Shown here one piece after another: positions 8,695-18,638 of a stretch of 32,000 nucleotides of DNA. Every line of letters starts with the position of its first letter. The stretch's first letter is position 1. This DNA is from Pasteurella multocida (lineage in GTDB: Bacteria; Pseudomonadota; Gammaproteobacteria; Enterobacterales; Pasteurellaceae): contig NZ_LT906458.1 of assembly GCF_900187275.1 (NCBI RefSeq), forward strand, positions 690,001 through 722,000, written 5' to 3'. A program made the translations under genes and the position numbers. The notes below the pieces were generated by a model. That model was not told the DNA's origin, did no database searches, and worked only from the letters and a program-made list of their open reading frames with translations.

Positions 8695-11052
8695 ATGGCT
8701 CGCTTACGTAAAAACTGTATTTTATCACTACTTTATACCGCACTTTTACTTGCCTGCGTGGTGACCATTGTTCGCCTTTTACCTTACTCCCCATTAAAAG
8801 ATCATTTCCCCTATTCCAGCGCAGTTTATGACGAGCAACAAAATTTGTTACGCCTCACCACCGCCAAAGATGAGAAATACCGTCTATGGACACCTCTCCA
8901 TGATATCTCCCCGAAACTTGTTGATGCGGTGCTTTTTCAGGAAGATGAATGGTTTTATTGGCATTTTGGTGTTAATCCTTACGGGCTATTGCGTGGGGCT
9001 TGGCAAACCTACATTTTAGGCAACTCACCACAAGGTGGATCAACGATTACTATGCAACTGGCTCGTGTCTTATGGGCTATTGACAGCCGAAGTCTATTAG
9101 GCAAAACAGAACAAATCTTACGCGCAATCCAACTGGAAATACGTTACTCAAAAAAAGAGATTTTAGAGGCTTATTTGAATTTTGCCCCTTATGGCAGAAA
9201 TATTGAAGGGGCGGGAACCGCCAGTTTAATCTACTTTAATAAAGCCAATCATAAGATGAATTTGGCTGAAGCGCTTACCTTAGCGATTTTACCAAAGAAT
9301 CCGAACAGCTATATTCGTCAAAATAATCAACAGCTGAATTCTGCTTTATTCAAGGCACGTAACCAACTTTACCAACGTTGGATAACACAATACCCTGCTG
9401 ATCAACAATGGCAAACAGATTTTCAACTCAATTATCCACTGCGACCACTCGAAAAACTACCGTTTTTTGCACCGCACTTTGTTGATCAATTACTACAACA
9501 ATATCCTGAACAAACGCATATTGTCAGTACGCTCAATAGCTCTCAACAGCGATTAATTGAGCGTATTACACGTCGCTATTTATCCCAACAATACACTAAA
9601 GGAATAGAAAATGTCGCAGTACTATTAGTGGATAATCGCGATATGGCAGTAAAAGCCTTGATCGGTTCGGGTAACTATTTTAATCCAGCTATTTCGGGAC
9701 AAATTAATGGTACTTTAGCTAACCGCTCTTATGGTTCAACGTTAAAACCTTTTATTTACGCATTGGCGTTTGATCAAGGTTTAGCCCACGGCAAAACCGT
9801 TTTAAAAGATTTGCCAACGACCTTTGGTGATTACCAGCCCGAAAATTACGAAGGCAATTTTTTAGGTCCCGTCAGTGTTACTCAGGCGTTATTACAAAGC
9901 CGCAATATTCCTGCTATTGATCTTGCCAAACAACTTAACCCCGATCTTTACGACTTTCTCCAACAAGCAGATATCAAACTACCCAAAAGTAAAAGCTATT
10001 ATGGCTTATCTCTAGTATTAGGCGGTGCTGAATTAAATCTACAACAGTTAGCCAGTTTATATGCGATGTTAGCCAATCAAGGGAGATGGCAACCGTTGAA
10101 ATTCAACCAACGAGATAGTCTTCCTGCGCCTAAAACCGTATTAAGTCAAGAAAGTGCGGTCATGATTCATGATATTTTGCGGCAAAATTTTCGCACAGAT
10201 GTGCAAAATAAATCGATTAAGACTGCATTACCGCTCTATTGGAAGACCGGCACGTCAAATGGGCTACGTGATGCGTGGACGGCAGGTTACTTTGGACACT
10301 ATACTCTTGTGGTTTGGTTTGGTAATTTTAACAATAAAAATAACCCGCATTTTATTGGGCGTACTTTGGCTGCCCCTTTGTTCTTACAACTGGCAGACAG
10401 TCTGATTGCTAGCGAGCCTCAAATGCGTGACATTGTCACTGAAAATATCAATCAACTCAATTTAAAACATGTCCTCGTTTGTCAGGCGGACGGAAATCTA
10501 CCGAATGCCTATTGTCAACAACAAATCAACACCCTGTTTATTCCCGGAAAATCACCGATTACCATCAGCCAGCTTTATCAGCCTTTTACGGTACTCAAAA
10601 ATAGCGACATGTTGGCATGTTCAACACATGATAAAGCCGAAACGGAACAAAAAATTTATGAAATGTGGTCAAGTGATTTTCAACAGATTTTTGCGCAAGC
10701 TGGCGTCATGAAAAGAATGCCGATCATAAATACGGCTTGTCCTTATGAACAACAACACCAAGCCTTACAAAATCTACACCATAATAATCCGCAAATCGTT
10801 TCGCCATTAGCACAACGTCATTATTATATTGAACATGACAACCCAAAAAGCCCTTTACTTCTGTCAGCTATTGCTGCGGGTGAAGTCAAAAAATTATACT
10901 GGTTTGTCAATAATAGTTTTATTGGTGAAGCCTTGCCACAGCAACCCCTTTTTTGGCAACCTAGGTCAGCAGGCTATTATACGATCTCGGTGACAGATGA
11001 TTACGGCAGAAGCACAAGCCTTTCCATTAATGTGCTACTGAAAGGATTTTAA
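8695..11052 (+). CDS. pbpC: Penicillin-binding protein 1C (bifunctional glycosyltransferase/transpeptidase family)
   Basis: 785 aa with an N-terminal TM anchor. GT51 motifs EDEWFYWHFGVNP and GGSTITMQLAR. Transpeptidase motifs STLK, SRN, KTGTS. C-terminal PBP1C-type beta domain (YYTISVTDDYGRS). Confidence 0.93.
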   Translation: MARLRKNCILSLLYTALLLACVVTIVRLLPYSPLKDHFPYSSAVYDEQQNLLRLTTAKDEKYRLWTPLHDISPKLVDAVLFQEDEWFYWHFGVNPYGLLRGAWQTYILGNSPQGGSTITMQLARVLWAIDSRSLLGKTEQILRAIQLEIRYSKKEILEAYLNFAPYGRNIEGAGTASLIYFNKANHKMNLAEALTLAILPKNPNSYIRQNNQQLNSALFKARNQLYQRWITQYPADQQWQTDFQLNYPLRPLEKLPFFAPHFVDQLLQQYPEQTHIVSTLNSSQQRLIERITRRYLSQQYTKGIENVAVLLVDNRDMAVKALIGSGNYFNPAISGQINGTLANRSYGSTLKPFIYALAFDQGLAHGKTVLKDLPTTFGDYQPENYEGNFLGPVSVTQALLQSRNIPAIDLAKQLNPDLYDFLQQADIKLPKSKSYYGLSLVLGGAELNLQQLASLYAMLANQGRWQPLKFNQRDSLPAPKTVLSQESAVMIHDILRQNFRTDVQNKSIKTALPLYWKTGTSNGLRDAWTAGYFGHYTLVVWFGNFNNKNNPHFIGRTLAAPLFLQLADSLIASEPQMRDIVTENINQLNLKHVLVCQADGNLPNAYCQQQINTLFIPGKSPITISQLYQPFTVLKNSDMLACSTHDKAETEQKIYEMWSSDFQQIFAQAGVMKRMPIINTACPYEQQHQALQNLHHNNPQIVSPLAQRHYYIEHDNPKSPLLLSAIAAGEVKKLYWFVNNSFIGEALPQQPLFWQPRSAGYYTISVTDDYGRSTSLSINVLLKGF
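8737..8745 (-). repeat. DNA uptake signal sequence core (Hin-type USS)
   Basis: Perfect ACCGCACTT inside pbpC. Confidence 0.8.
9471..9479 (-). repeat. DNA uptake signal sequence core (Hin-type USS)
   Basis: Perfect ACCGCACTT inside pbpC. Confidence 0.8.
10152..10160 (+). repeat. DNA uptake signal sequence core (Hin-type USS)
   Basis: Perfect AAGTGCGGT inside pbpC. Confidence 0.8.
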
Positions 11053-11087
11053 AAAGCCCCAACGCATTTACTTGCTATGGGGCTTTT
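11052..11087. terminator. Bidirectional terminator between pbpC and rsmI
   Basis: AAAAGCCCCA-(16 nt)-TGGGGCTTTT between convergent genes. The loop is rather large. Confidence 0.6.
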
Positions 11088-11097
11088 AGCCAGAACT

Positions 11098-11943
11098 TTA
11101 ATTAAAATGCTCTAATCCATATTGATACAGCGCATTTTTCTTATAGCCATAGATTTCCGCCACAATGGCAGCCGCCTTTTTTAATGGAAGCGATTGGCTT
11201 ATTAATTCAAGTGCTTTGAGGGCTTGGGGATTTATCTCATCAGTCTCCTGTTTGACTTTCCCTTCAATAATTAACACCATTTCCCCTTTAGTGCGATTCG
11301 GATCTTCTCCTAACCATTGGCGTAAATTTGCCACATTGTCCCCTACGATCGTTTCCCAGGTTTTGGTAATTTCCCGCGCCAATACCACATAGCGTTCTGC
11401 TCCCAACGTTTTTTCGATATCCGCTAAGGTATCCAAAATGCGATGGGTTGATTCATAAAAAATCAGCGTACGCTCTTCTTCAGCGAGATTTTGCAATTTA
11501 TCGCAACGTGCCTTGCTTTTCGCCGGTAAAAATCCTTCAAAACAAAAACGATCGGATGCAATACCTGAAGCGCAAAGTGCGGTAATCGCAGCACAAGCGC
11601 CCGGTATCGGCACCACTTTAATACCAGCTTGGCGACATTGACGTACTAGATGAAAACCGGGATCACTAATCAGTGGCGTCCCCGCATCAGAAATCAACGC
11701 AATATGTTGCCCCTGCTGTAATTTCTCTACTAAGAGGTGTGCTTTTTGTTGTTCATTATGATCATGTAAGGCAAAAAAAGGCTTCTTAATACCATAATGG
11801 CTTAATAGTAAACCACTATGACGCGTATCTTCCGCCGCAATCAGATCAACCTGTTCAAAAATCGCTAAAGCCCTTTGTGTAATATCTTGTAAATTCCCAA
11901 TCGGCGTGGCGACAATATATAAAATTCCTGTTAAATTGTTCAT
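11098..11943 (-). CDS. rsmI: 16S rRNA (cytidine1402-2'-O)-methyltransferase RsmI
   Basis: 281 aa. [15 protein letters not shown]...AEDTR tetrapyrrole-methylase-fold signature. Divergent from lpoA, as yraL/yraM are in E. coli. Confidence 0.93.
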   Translation of the reverse strand: MNNLTGILYIVATPIGNLQDITQRALAIFEQVDLIAAEDTRHSGLLLSHYGIKKPFFALHDHNEQQKAHLLVEKLQQGQHIALISDAGTPLISDPGFHLVRQCRQAGIKVVPIPGACAAITALCASGIASDRFCFEGFLPAKSKARCDKLQNLAEEERTLIFYESTHRILDTLADIEKTLGAERYVVLAREITKTWETIVGDNVANLRQWLGEDPNRTKGEMVLIIEGKVKQETDEINPQALKALELISQSLPLKKAAAIVAEIYGYKKNALYQYGLEHFN

Positions 11944-12020
11944 TTCATACTTCTTTTTATTTGCTTTTAGTTAATGAGATAAGTAAGATCGTTCTATTGT
12001 TGTTAACAAACGGAGTAATC

Positions 12021-13733
12021 ATGACTATTCTATTACAACACACTCATTTAAAAAATCGATTAATGCCTTTTTTGTTGGCACTTTTTCTTGCCGGCTGTAC
12101 GACTTTCTTAGGTGGTGGCTCAGCAAGTCTCTTGCAGAGTGATGCCAATGCAAATTCTGACTTTTATATGAATAAAGTCTATCAAGCACAAAATCTCGAA
12201 GAACAGCATACTTATAAATTGCTTGCCGCACGTGTACTTGTCACAGAAAACAAAATTCCTCAGGCTCAAGAATTACTCAATGAATTAACAACATTAACTG
12301 ACGAACAAGTATTAGATAAATCAATTATTGAAGCACATATCGCCGCAGTTAAACAACAAAATACCGTGGCAGATACACAGCTTAAACACATTAATCTCGC
12401 TCAATTAAGCCGTTCACAATTAGCACGTTATTATGATGTGGCAGCACGTATCGCAGAAAATCGCTATGATGCGATTGAAGCGGTAAAAGCTCGAATTCAA
12501 ATCGACCAGCTTTTATCAGATGTTTCTCGTAAACAAGCCAATATCGACCGCACTTGGTCGCTCCTTCGTAATGCTAACCGTGGTGTGATTAATAACACTG
12601 TAGCCGAAGGGAACATTGCATTGGGTGGCTGGTTAGCCTTAACTCGTGCTTATAACCAAAATTTAAGCAATCCTGCACAATTAAGCCAAGCAATTCAGCA
12701 ATGGAAAACCGCTTATCCGACACACCCAGCGGCTTACTTATTCCCAACAGAACTACAAGGTCTGTTTAATTTCCAACAAACACAATTTTCACAAGTCGCG
12801 TTATTGTTACCACTTAGCGGCAATGCTCAAGTCATCGGAAATACCATTAAAGCAGGTTTTGATGCAGCAAAAGACAATAGCGCGACGCAAGTTCAAGTAT
12901 TTGACACCGCTGCGACCCCGGTTGATGTGATTTTCGATCAAGTTAAACAAGCGGGGATTCGAACAGTCGTTGGTCCATTGCTAAAACAGAATGTGGATAT
13001 GCTCTTGAATAACGCACAGCTAGTACAAGGCTTAGATGTGTTAACACTAAACTCTACCTCAAATGAACGTGCAATCGGGCAATTATGTTACTACGGACTT
13101 TCACCTGAAGACGAAGCCGAGTCAGCAGCGAACAAAATGTGGAAAGATGGGATTAGAACGCCTTCTGTTTTTGTACCACAAAATGATTTAGGTCGTCGTA
13201 CAGCTTCTGCGTTTAATGTGCGTTGGCAACAATTAGCTGCAACGGATGCCAATATTCGTTTCTATAACTTACCGGCTGATATTACTTATACCTTAGACGA
13301 TCAAAATACCTCTGGCGTCTATATTGTTGCTATGAGTGATCAATTAGCTGAAATTAAAACAACCATTGATAACAGCGGTCGTACAACGAAACTTTATGCC
13401 AGTTCGCGCAGTAATTCCGCTAACAATGCGCCAGAATATCGTTTATTAATGGAAGGTTTACAATTTAGTGATATTCCTTTCTTTAAAGATGTTACATCTA
13501 ACCAATATAAGAAAATTGAAAAATTAACCAAAGGTGATTTTTCACTGATGCGCCTCTATGCAATGGGCGCTGACGCGTGGTTGCTTATTAATCATTTTAA
13601 TGAGTTACGCCAAGTACCAGGTTATAACATTGATGGTTTGACCGGTAAACTAAGTGCGGGCGCAAACTGTAATATTGAGCGTGACATGACCTGGTTCCAA
13701 TACCAAAGTGGTGGCATTATCTCCTTGAACTAA
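12021..13733 (+). CDS. lpoA: Penicillin-binding protein activator LpoA (outer-membrane lipoprotein, YraM)
   Basis: Lipobox LFLAGC after a signal peptide, then an N-terminal TPR-like half and a C-terminal periplasmic-binding-protein-like half. ATG at 12021 with GGAG upstream, preferred over the TTG at 11961. Heads the yraM-N-O-P order. Confidence 0.9.
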   Translation: MTILLQHTHLKNRLMPFLLALFLAGCTTFLGGGSASLLQSDANANSDFYMNKVYQAQNLEEQHTYKLLAARVLVTENKIPQAQELLNELTTLTDEQVLDKSIIEAHIAAVKQQNTVADTQLKHINLAQLSRSQLARYYDVAARIAENRYDAIEAVKARIQIDQLLSDVSRKQANIDRTWSLLRNANRGVINNTVAEGNIALGGWLALTRAYNQNLSNPAQLSQAIQQWKTAYPTHPAAYLFPTELQGLFNFQQTQFSQVALLLPLSGNAQVIGNTIKAGFDAAKDNSATQVQVFDTAATPVDVIFDQVKQAGIRTVVGPLLKQNVDMLLNNAQLVQGLDVLTLNSTSNERAIGQLCYYGLSPEDEAESAANKMWKDGIRTPSVFVPQNDLGRRTASAFNVRWQQLAATDANIRFYNLPADITYTLDDQNTSGVYIVAMSDQLAEIKTTIDNSGRTTKLYASSRSNSANNAPEYRLLMEGLQFSDIPFFKDVTSNQYKKIEKLTKGDFSLMRLYAMGADAWLLINHFNELRQVPGYNIDGLTGKLSAGANCNIERDMTWFQYQSGGIISLN

Positions 13734-13734
13734 G

Positions 13735-14094
13735 ATGTTCTCATTAAAGCGTCAACAAGGGGCGAGATTTGAATACCAAGCTCGCCTCTTTTTAGAATCA
13801 AAAGGGCTACAATTTGTAGCTGCCAATCAATCCTTTTCCTGTGGCGAATTAGATCTGATTATGCGAGATCAAGACACGCTCGTTTTTGTTGAGGTGCGAC
13901 AACGAAAAAATGCGGTTTTTGGTTCAGCAGTGGAAAGTGTTGATTGGGAAAAACAAAAAAAGTGGCTGAACGCAGCAAATTTATGGCTTGCACAGCAAAA
14001 TCGTAGCTTGGAAGACACTGACTGCCGGTTTGACTTAATTGCTTTCGGTAAAACCACACAAGACCTTGAATGGATTATAAATTTTCTTGATTAA
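13735..14094 (+). CDS. yraN: YraN family protein (UPF0102, endonuclease-like fold)
   Basis: 119 aa. GELDLIM...VFVEVRQR motif. ATG lies 1 nt after the lpoA stop. Confidence 0.88.
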   Translation: MFSLKRQQGARFEYQARLFLESKGLQFVAANQSFSCGELDLIMRDQDTLVFVEVRQRKNAVFGSAVESVDWEKQKKWLNAANLWLAQQNRSLEDTDCRFDLIAFGKTTQDLEWIINFLD

Positions 14095-14096
14095 TT

Positions 14097-14684
14097 ATGT
14101 TAGATAAACTCAAAGACTTATACACTGAAAGTATTCAAACACAGATTTCCGCCTCCAGTTTATTACCCGATACCATCATGCAAGCCACACAAATGATTGT
14201 GGATTGTTTGTTAAGAGGGAATAAAATTATTGCCTGCGGAAACGGACGTTCTTATATTAATGCCCAACTGTTTGTCGCAAACTTATTAAATCGCTATGAG
14301 TTAGCCAGACCTAGTTTCCCTTCTGTTTTACTCAGTTTAGATAGCGCCATTAACGCCGCAATGGCGCTTGATAATAATACAGAAACCTTATTTCAACGCC
14401 AATTTAATGCAGTGGCTCAACAAGGGGATATTCTTATTGCTTTTTCTCCTTTGCCTCATAATGATGAAATTGTCATTAATGCAATTAACAGTGCGGTAAA
14501 CAAAGGCATTATTGTAATTGTCTTAACGAGTGCCTCAAATGATCATATTCAAGGTTTTTTGACCGAACACGATCTCGAAATCGCGATTCCCGCAATCAAA
14601 GAAAGCCGAGTGATTGAAGGACATTGTTTTATTGCTAATGCAATTTGTGAACTGGTCGATCACGCCCTGTTTTCACATTCATAA
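14097..14684 (+). CDS. diaA: SIS-domain protein DiaA (DnaA initiator-associating factor, YraO)
   Basis: 195 aa. TESIQTQI...GNKIIACGNG... is collinear with E. coli DiaA. ATG lies 2 nt after the yraN stop. Confidence 0.85.
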   Translation: MLDKLKDLYTESIQTQISASSLLPDTIMQATQMIVDCLLRGNKIIACGNGRSYINAQLFVANLLNRYELARPSFPSVLLSLDSAINAAMALDNNTETLFQRQFNAVAQQGDILIAFSPLPHNDEIVINAINSAVNKGIIVIVLTSASNDHIQGFLTEHDLEIAIPAIKESRVIEGHCFIANAICELVDHALFSHS

Positions 14685-14747
14685 CTTGACAAGAATCAGG
14701 ATTTCAACAACACTAACTCGCATGACAAATACAAAAGGAGATCCCTT

Positions 14748-15332
14748 ATGCAAATCAACATGTTAAAAAAATACACTTTTATTTTAGCGACTGCTCTCCT
14801 ACTGCAAGGTTGTGTGGCCGCAACCATTGCTGGCACGGCAGCCGTGGCAACCAAAGTTGCTACTGACCCAAGAACTGTTGGCACACAAGTTGATGATGAA
14901 ACTTTAGAAGAAAAAGTGCGTTTTGCCATTCGTAAAGATGCGCAAGTCAAATCGGAAGCGCGTATTAATATTATTTCTTATAGCGGTCGTGTTTTATTAA
15001 TTGGTCAAGCCCCAAACGCAAATGTTGCTGAAGTCGCTACCAGCTTGGCGAAAGGTGTAGAAGGTGTAAACGAAGTATATAATCAAGTTCGTATCCAGCC
15101 ACAAATTAGCTTCGGTCAAATTGCAAAAGACGGAGTAACCACCACCGAAATTAAATCTAAAATGCTCGTGGATTCTCGCGTCAAATCTACTGATATTAAA
15201 GTGATTACGGAAAATGCCGAAGTTTTTTTAATGGGTAACGTCACTCAAGCACAAGCGGATGCCGCAGCGGATATTGCACGCAATGTGTCAGGTGTTAACA
15301 AAGTCATCAAAGTCTTTAATTACTTAAATTAA
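14748..15332 (+). CDS. dolP: Dual-BON-domain outer-membrane lipoprotein DolP (YraP)
   Basis: Lipobox LLLQGC, then VAATIAGTAAVATKVATDPRTVGTQVDD, collinear with E. coli YraP, and two BON domains. SD AGGAG. Confidence 0.9.
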   Translation: MQINMLKKYTFILATALLLQGCVAATIAGTAAVATKVATDPRTVGTQVDDETLEEKVRFAIRKDAQVKSEARINIISYSGRVLLIGQAPNANVAEVATSLAKGVEGVNEVYNQVRIQPQISFGQIAKDGVTTTEIKSKMLVDSRVKSTDIKVITENAEVFLMGNVTQAQADAAADIARNVSGVNKVIKVFNYLN

Positions 15333-15342
15333 GCCAATAAAA

Positions 15343-15379
15343 AAGTGCGGTAAAAATTCACTTTATTTTCACCGCACTT
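15343..15379. terminator. Inverted USS pair forming a bidirectional terminator (dolP / ribE)
   Basis: AAGTGCGGT (15343-15351) and ACCGCACTT (15371-15379) form a stem, flanked by AAAA and TTTT, between convergent genes. Confidence 0.75.
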
Positions 15380-15392
15380 TTATTTTGTCTTA

Positions 15393-16007
15393 TTATTGCT
15401 GTTTTGTGCTCAAATAACGCTCTACTGTATCCACAATCGCTTGCGTTTGTGGATCAATCTCAATATTCACTTTATCCCCCACTTCACGCGTACCAATCAA
15501 GGTACGATTCAACGTTTCAGGAATCAAATTAACGCAAAATGTTTGTCCTTTCACTTCACCAATAGTTAAGCTAATTCCATCAATCGCAATAAAGCCTTTA
15601 GGTAAAATATATTTCATGGTTGCCATATCCGGTAATTCGAACCAAATCTGGCGATTATTTTCTGAACTGAAAATCTGCTTCACACTCGCCGTACAATACA
15701 CATGCCCCGATAAAATATGCCCACCAATTTCACTGCCCATTTGCATCGCGCGTTCAATATTCACTAAATCACCCGGCTGTAACTCGCCTAAATTTGTAAT
15801 ACGTAATGTTTCTGCCATTAAATCAAAACTAACACAATCTTGATTAATCTCTGTTACCGTCAAACATACGCCATTATTCGCAACTGAAGCACCAATTTCT
15901 AATCCTTTCAGCATTTCTTGTGGCATTTTCACGATCTGTGTTCTAAAATTAGCTTTGTCTTGAATAGAAACAATTTTTGCAGTTCCTTGAACAATACCTG
16001 TAAACAT
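15393..16007 (-). CDS. ribE: Riboflavin synthase (alpha chain; ribC of E. coli nomenclature)
   Basis: [15 protein letters not shown]... is collinear with E. coli riboflavin synthase, with two lumazine-binding repeats. Second ATG (16007) preferred: GAGAG lies 6 nt upstream and the N-terminus then matches. Confidence 0.95.
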   Translation of the reverse strand: MFTGIVQGTAKIVSIQDKANFRTQIVKMPQEMLKGLEIGASVANNGVCLTVTEINQDCVSFDLMAETLRITNLGELQPGDLVNIERAMQMGSEIGGHILSGHVYCTASVKQIFSSENNRQIWFELPDMATMKYILPKGFIAIDGISLTIGEVKGQTFCVNLIPETLNRTLIGTREVGDKVNIEIDPQTQAIVDTVERYLSTKQQ

Positions 16008-16062
16008 AGTCATCTCTCTTTAAAACTCAATATTCTATTATTATAACAAACTCGGAATTTTT

Positions 16063-17457
16063 ATGAAATTTATAGATTTTAGTGCTTATAAAGTGGAAGC
16101 AAAAAAATTATTGCTTATTGCCCTCCCGATCTTACTGGCACAAATTGCCCAAAACTCAATGGGGTTAGTTGATACCATCATGTCTGGACGCGTCAGTTCG
16201 GCAGATATGGCAGCAATTTCAGTGGGCGCATCCATTTGGTTCCCCTTAGTGCTGTTTGGTCACGGACTTCTACTAGCGCTCCCACCAACGATCTCCTATC
16301 TCAATGGCTCAGGCAAACGCGATCAGATTGCCCATCAAGTACGACAAGGTATTTGGATTATTTTATTTAGTTGCCTACCTTTAGGTATTCTCATTTATTA
16401 TAGCAACCTCGTTTTTGACTATATGCAAGTGGAAGATCATCTCAAAGAGATCACTATTGGCTATTTACATGCAATGATTTGGGGCTTGCCCGCTTATTTA
16501 CTGATGATTAATTTTCGTTGCTTAAATGATGGTATTGCGAAAACCAAACCAGCTATGGTGATCACGTTTTTAGGCTTAGGTTTAAATATTCCACTCAATT
16601 ATATTTTTATTTATGGAAAACTTGGTATCCCCGCCTTTGGTGCGGTGGGATGTGGTATTGCGACCGCCATTGTGAACTGGTTTATGTGTATTTTGATGAT
16701 CGCCTATTGTAAAAATGCACGTAATCAACGTGACCTTAAAGTCTTTGCCAAAATCCTAGAAAAACCTAATTTTACTACCTTAAAAAAACTCCTCAACTTA
16801 GGTTTCCCGATTGCTGTCGCCTTATTCTGCGAAGTGGCACTGTTCGCCCTTACCGCCTTGCTATTATCCCCATTAGGTACGGATATCGTTGCAAGCCATC
16901 AAATTGCATTGAATACCAGCTCCTTCTTGTTTATGCTTCCTATGTCATTAGGTATGGCAGCAACCATTCTAGTAGGACAGCGTTTAGGTGAAGGCGCAGC
17001 CGATAAGGCGAAACAGGTATCCTACTCCGCCTTAATTGTCGGCTTACTGATTGCTGTCATCACGGCGACATTAACGGTCATCTTCCGTGTTGAGATTGCT
17101 GAAATTTTTGTCAAAGATCGAGATGTGATTGCGATGGCTGGCACACTCCTTTTAATTGCTGCCCTTTATCAATTCTCTGATACCGTTCAAGTCGTAGCCG
17201 GCGGTGCATTACGTGGCTATAAAGATACAAAAGCTATCTTATACATTACACTCTTTTGTTATTGGGTAGTGGGTATGCCAATGGGCTATACCTTAGCTCG
17301 TACAGATCTGTTGATGCCTGCTCTAGGGGCGGAAGGTTTTTGGATTGGCTTTGTTGTCAGCCTAACTATTGCCGCTACGCTGTTGATGATCAGAATGCGC
17401 AAAATCCAAGCTCAACCAGATGCCATTTTATTTGCTAAACTTGAGAAATTAAAATAA
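16063..17457 (+). CDS. norM: MATE-family multidrug efflux transporter (NorM/MdtK/HmrM type)
   Basis: 464 aa, about 12 TM segments, typical N-terminus [24 protein letters not shown]. Divergent from riboflavin synthase, as ribC/mdtK are in E. coli. Confidence 0.92.
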   Translation: MKFIDFSAYKVEAKKLLLIALPILLAQIAQNSMGLVDTIMSGRVSSADMAAISVGASIWFPLVLFGHGLLLALPPTISYLNGSGKRDQIAHQVRQGIWIILFSCLPLGILIYYSNLVFDYMQVEDHLKEITIGYLHAMIWGLPAYLLMINFRCLNDGIAKTKPAMVITFLGLGLNIPLNYIFIYGKLGIPAFGAVGCGIATAIVNWFMCILMIAYCKNARNQRDLKVFAKILEKPNFTTLKKLLNLGFPIAVALFCEVALFALTALLLSPLGTDIVASHQIALNTSSFLFMLPMSLGMAATILVGQRLGEGAADKAKQVSYSALIVGLLIAVITATLTVIFRVEIAEIFVKDRDVIAMAGTLLLIAALYQFSDTVQVVAGGALRGYKDTKAILYITLFCYWVVGMPMGYTLARTDLLMPALGAEGFWIGFVVSLTIAATLLMIRMRKIQAQPDAILFAKLEKLK

Positions 17458-18509
17458 TGTCGAAGATCATTCATGTTGGTATTGCAGGTTTTGGTATGTC
17501 AGCCAAAACCTTCCATACTCCTTTTTTACATCAAGATCCCCGTTTCTGTATCCATAAAGTCTTTGAGCGACAAAGTGACAAAGCCAAATCAATTTATCCA
17601 TATATCACGACTGTTCGCGATTTTACACAGTTATTAGAGGAGGATATTGATTTAGTTCTTATCACTACACCTAACCAAACCCACTATGACTTCGCTAAAA
17701 AAGCCATATTAGCAGGGAAACACGTTATTGTTGAAAAGCCACTTGCTATCACCGCGCAACAAGCTGAGGAATTAGACGTTTTAGCACAAAAACATCACGT
17801 CATGTTATCGGTGTATCAAAATCGTCGTTGGGATAGCGGAGCCTTAACGGTGAAAAAACTCATCGCAGAAAACACGCTGGGTGAAATTGTCGAATATGAA
17901 ATTCGCTATGAACGCTATAGTCCAAGCAAAAACAAAAAAGCATGGAAGGAAACAGGCGAATTAGGAACAGGATTGGTTTATGATTTAGGCGTACATTTGA
18001 TTGATGAAGTTCTTGACCTCTTTGGTATGCCCAAGGCACTTTTCGCAGATGTCACTAAACAAAATCCAGAAAGTGGTAGCGATGACAGTTTTCGTATTAC
18101 TTTTTATTATGCTGATCATAAAAAAGTGACGTTGTCATCAACGAAATATGCCAGAGAACCAGCACCTCATATTATTTTACAAGGTAAACTGGGCTCATAC
18201 ATCAAACCTAAATTAGATAATCAAGAAGCACTACTCATGGCGGGTGTACAGCCAAAAGGAGATTGGAATAAAGAATCAGAACAAGATTGGGGCATTTTAC
18301 ATACTGAAATAGACGGTCTTATTGTACGTCAAAAACTTGAGCCTATCTCTGGTAATTATCAAGCGTACTATGACAATATTTATGCGGTTCTTACTAAAAA
18401 TGCCCCACTTCTAGTGACCGCGAAACAAGCCACAACAGTACTCAAACTTATCGAAAAAGTATATGAAAGTGCAGCGCTTGGGCAAAAAATTTACTTAGTA
18501 AATCAATAA
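17457..18509 (+). CDS. Gfo/Idh/MocA family NAD(P)-dependent oxidoreductase
   Basis: 350 aa. N-terminal Rossmann VGIAGFGMSAKTFH and the family EKP motif (VIVEKPLA). The ATG overlaps the norM stop (TAATG). Confidence 0.85.
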   Translation: MSKIIHVGIAGFGMSAKTFHTPFLHQDPRFCIHKVFERQSDKAKSIYPYITTVRDFTQLLEEDIDLVLITTPNQTHYDFAKKAILAGKHVIVEKPLAITAQQAEELDVLAQKHHVMLSVYQNRRWDSGALTVKKLIAENTLGEIVEYEIRYERYSPSKNKKAWKETGELGTGLVYDLGVHLIDEVLDLFGMPKALFADVTKQNPESGSDDSFRITFYYADHKKVTLSSTKYAREPAPHIILQGKLGSYIKPKLDNQEALLMAGVQPKGDWNKESEQDWGILHTEIDGLIVRQKLEPISGNYQAYYDNIYAVLTKNAPLLVTAKQATTVLKLIEKVYESAALGQKIYLVNQ

Positions 18510-18584
18510 AAAATATCTGCTGAATAGGTTGTTTTATTAACATTAAAATAGCCTATTTTCTTATCGTTACACTTTATTTAAAAA

Positions 18585-18627
18585 ATAAAAAACGGTGATA
18601 AACATTAGCTTATCACCGTTTTGTTTT
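18585..18627. terminator. Bidirectional terminator between oxidoreductase gene and pykA
   Basis: 11-bp perfect stem AACGGTGATAA / TTATCACCGTT with an 8-nt loop, flanked by an A-run and TTGTTTT. Confidence 0.75.
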
Positions 18628-18638
18628 AAGAATACTGT

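Noticed and set aside
11961-12020. N-terminal extensions given by the ORF track (lpoA TTG 11961, asnS TTG 7219, dapD ATG 24424, dedA-family GTG 4135, ribE ATG 16013)
   Set aside because: In each case a downstream ATG has a better-placed SD and gives an N-terminus collinear with the E. coli ortholog, or for lpoA a normal signal peptide plus lipobox. The longer forms were not used.
14696-14950. 84-aa minus-strand ORF overlapping the dolP start
   Set aside because: It is antisense to the conserved DolP signal peptide and Ala/Thr/Val-rich region, which produces an open mirror frame. No SD or promoter context, and dolP is well supported.
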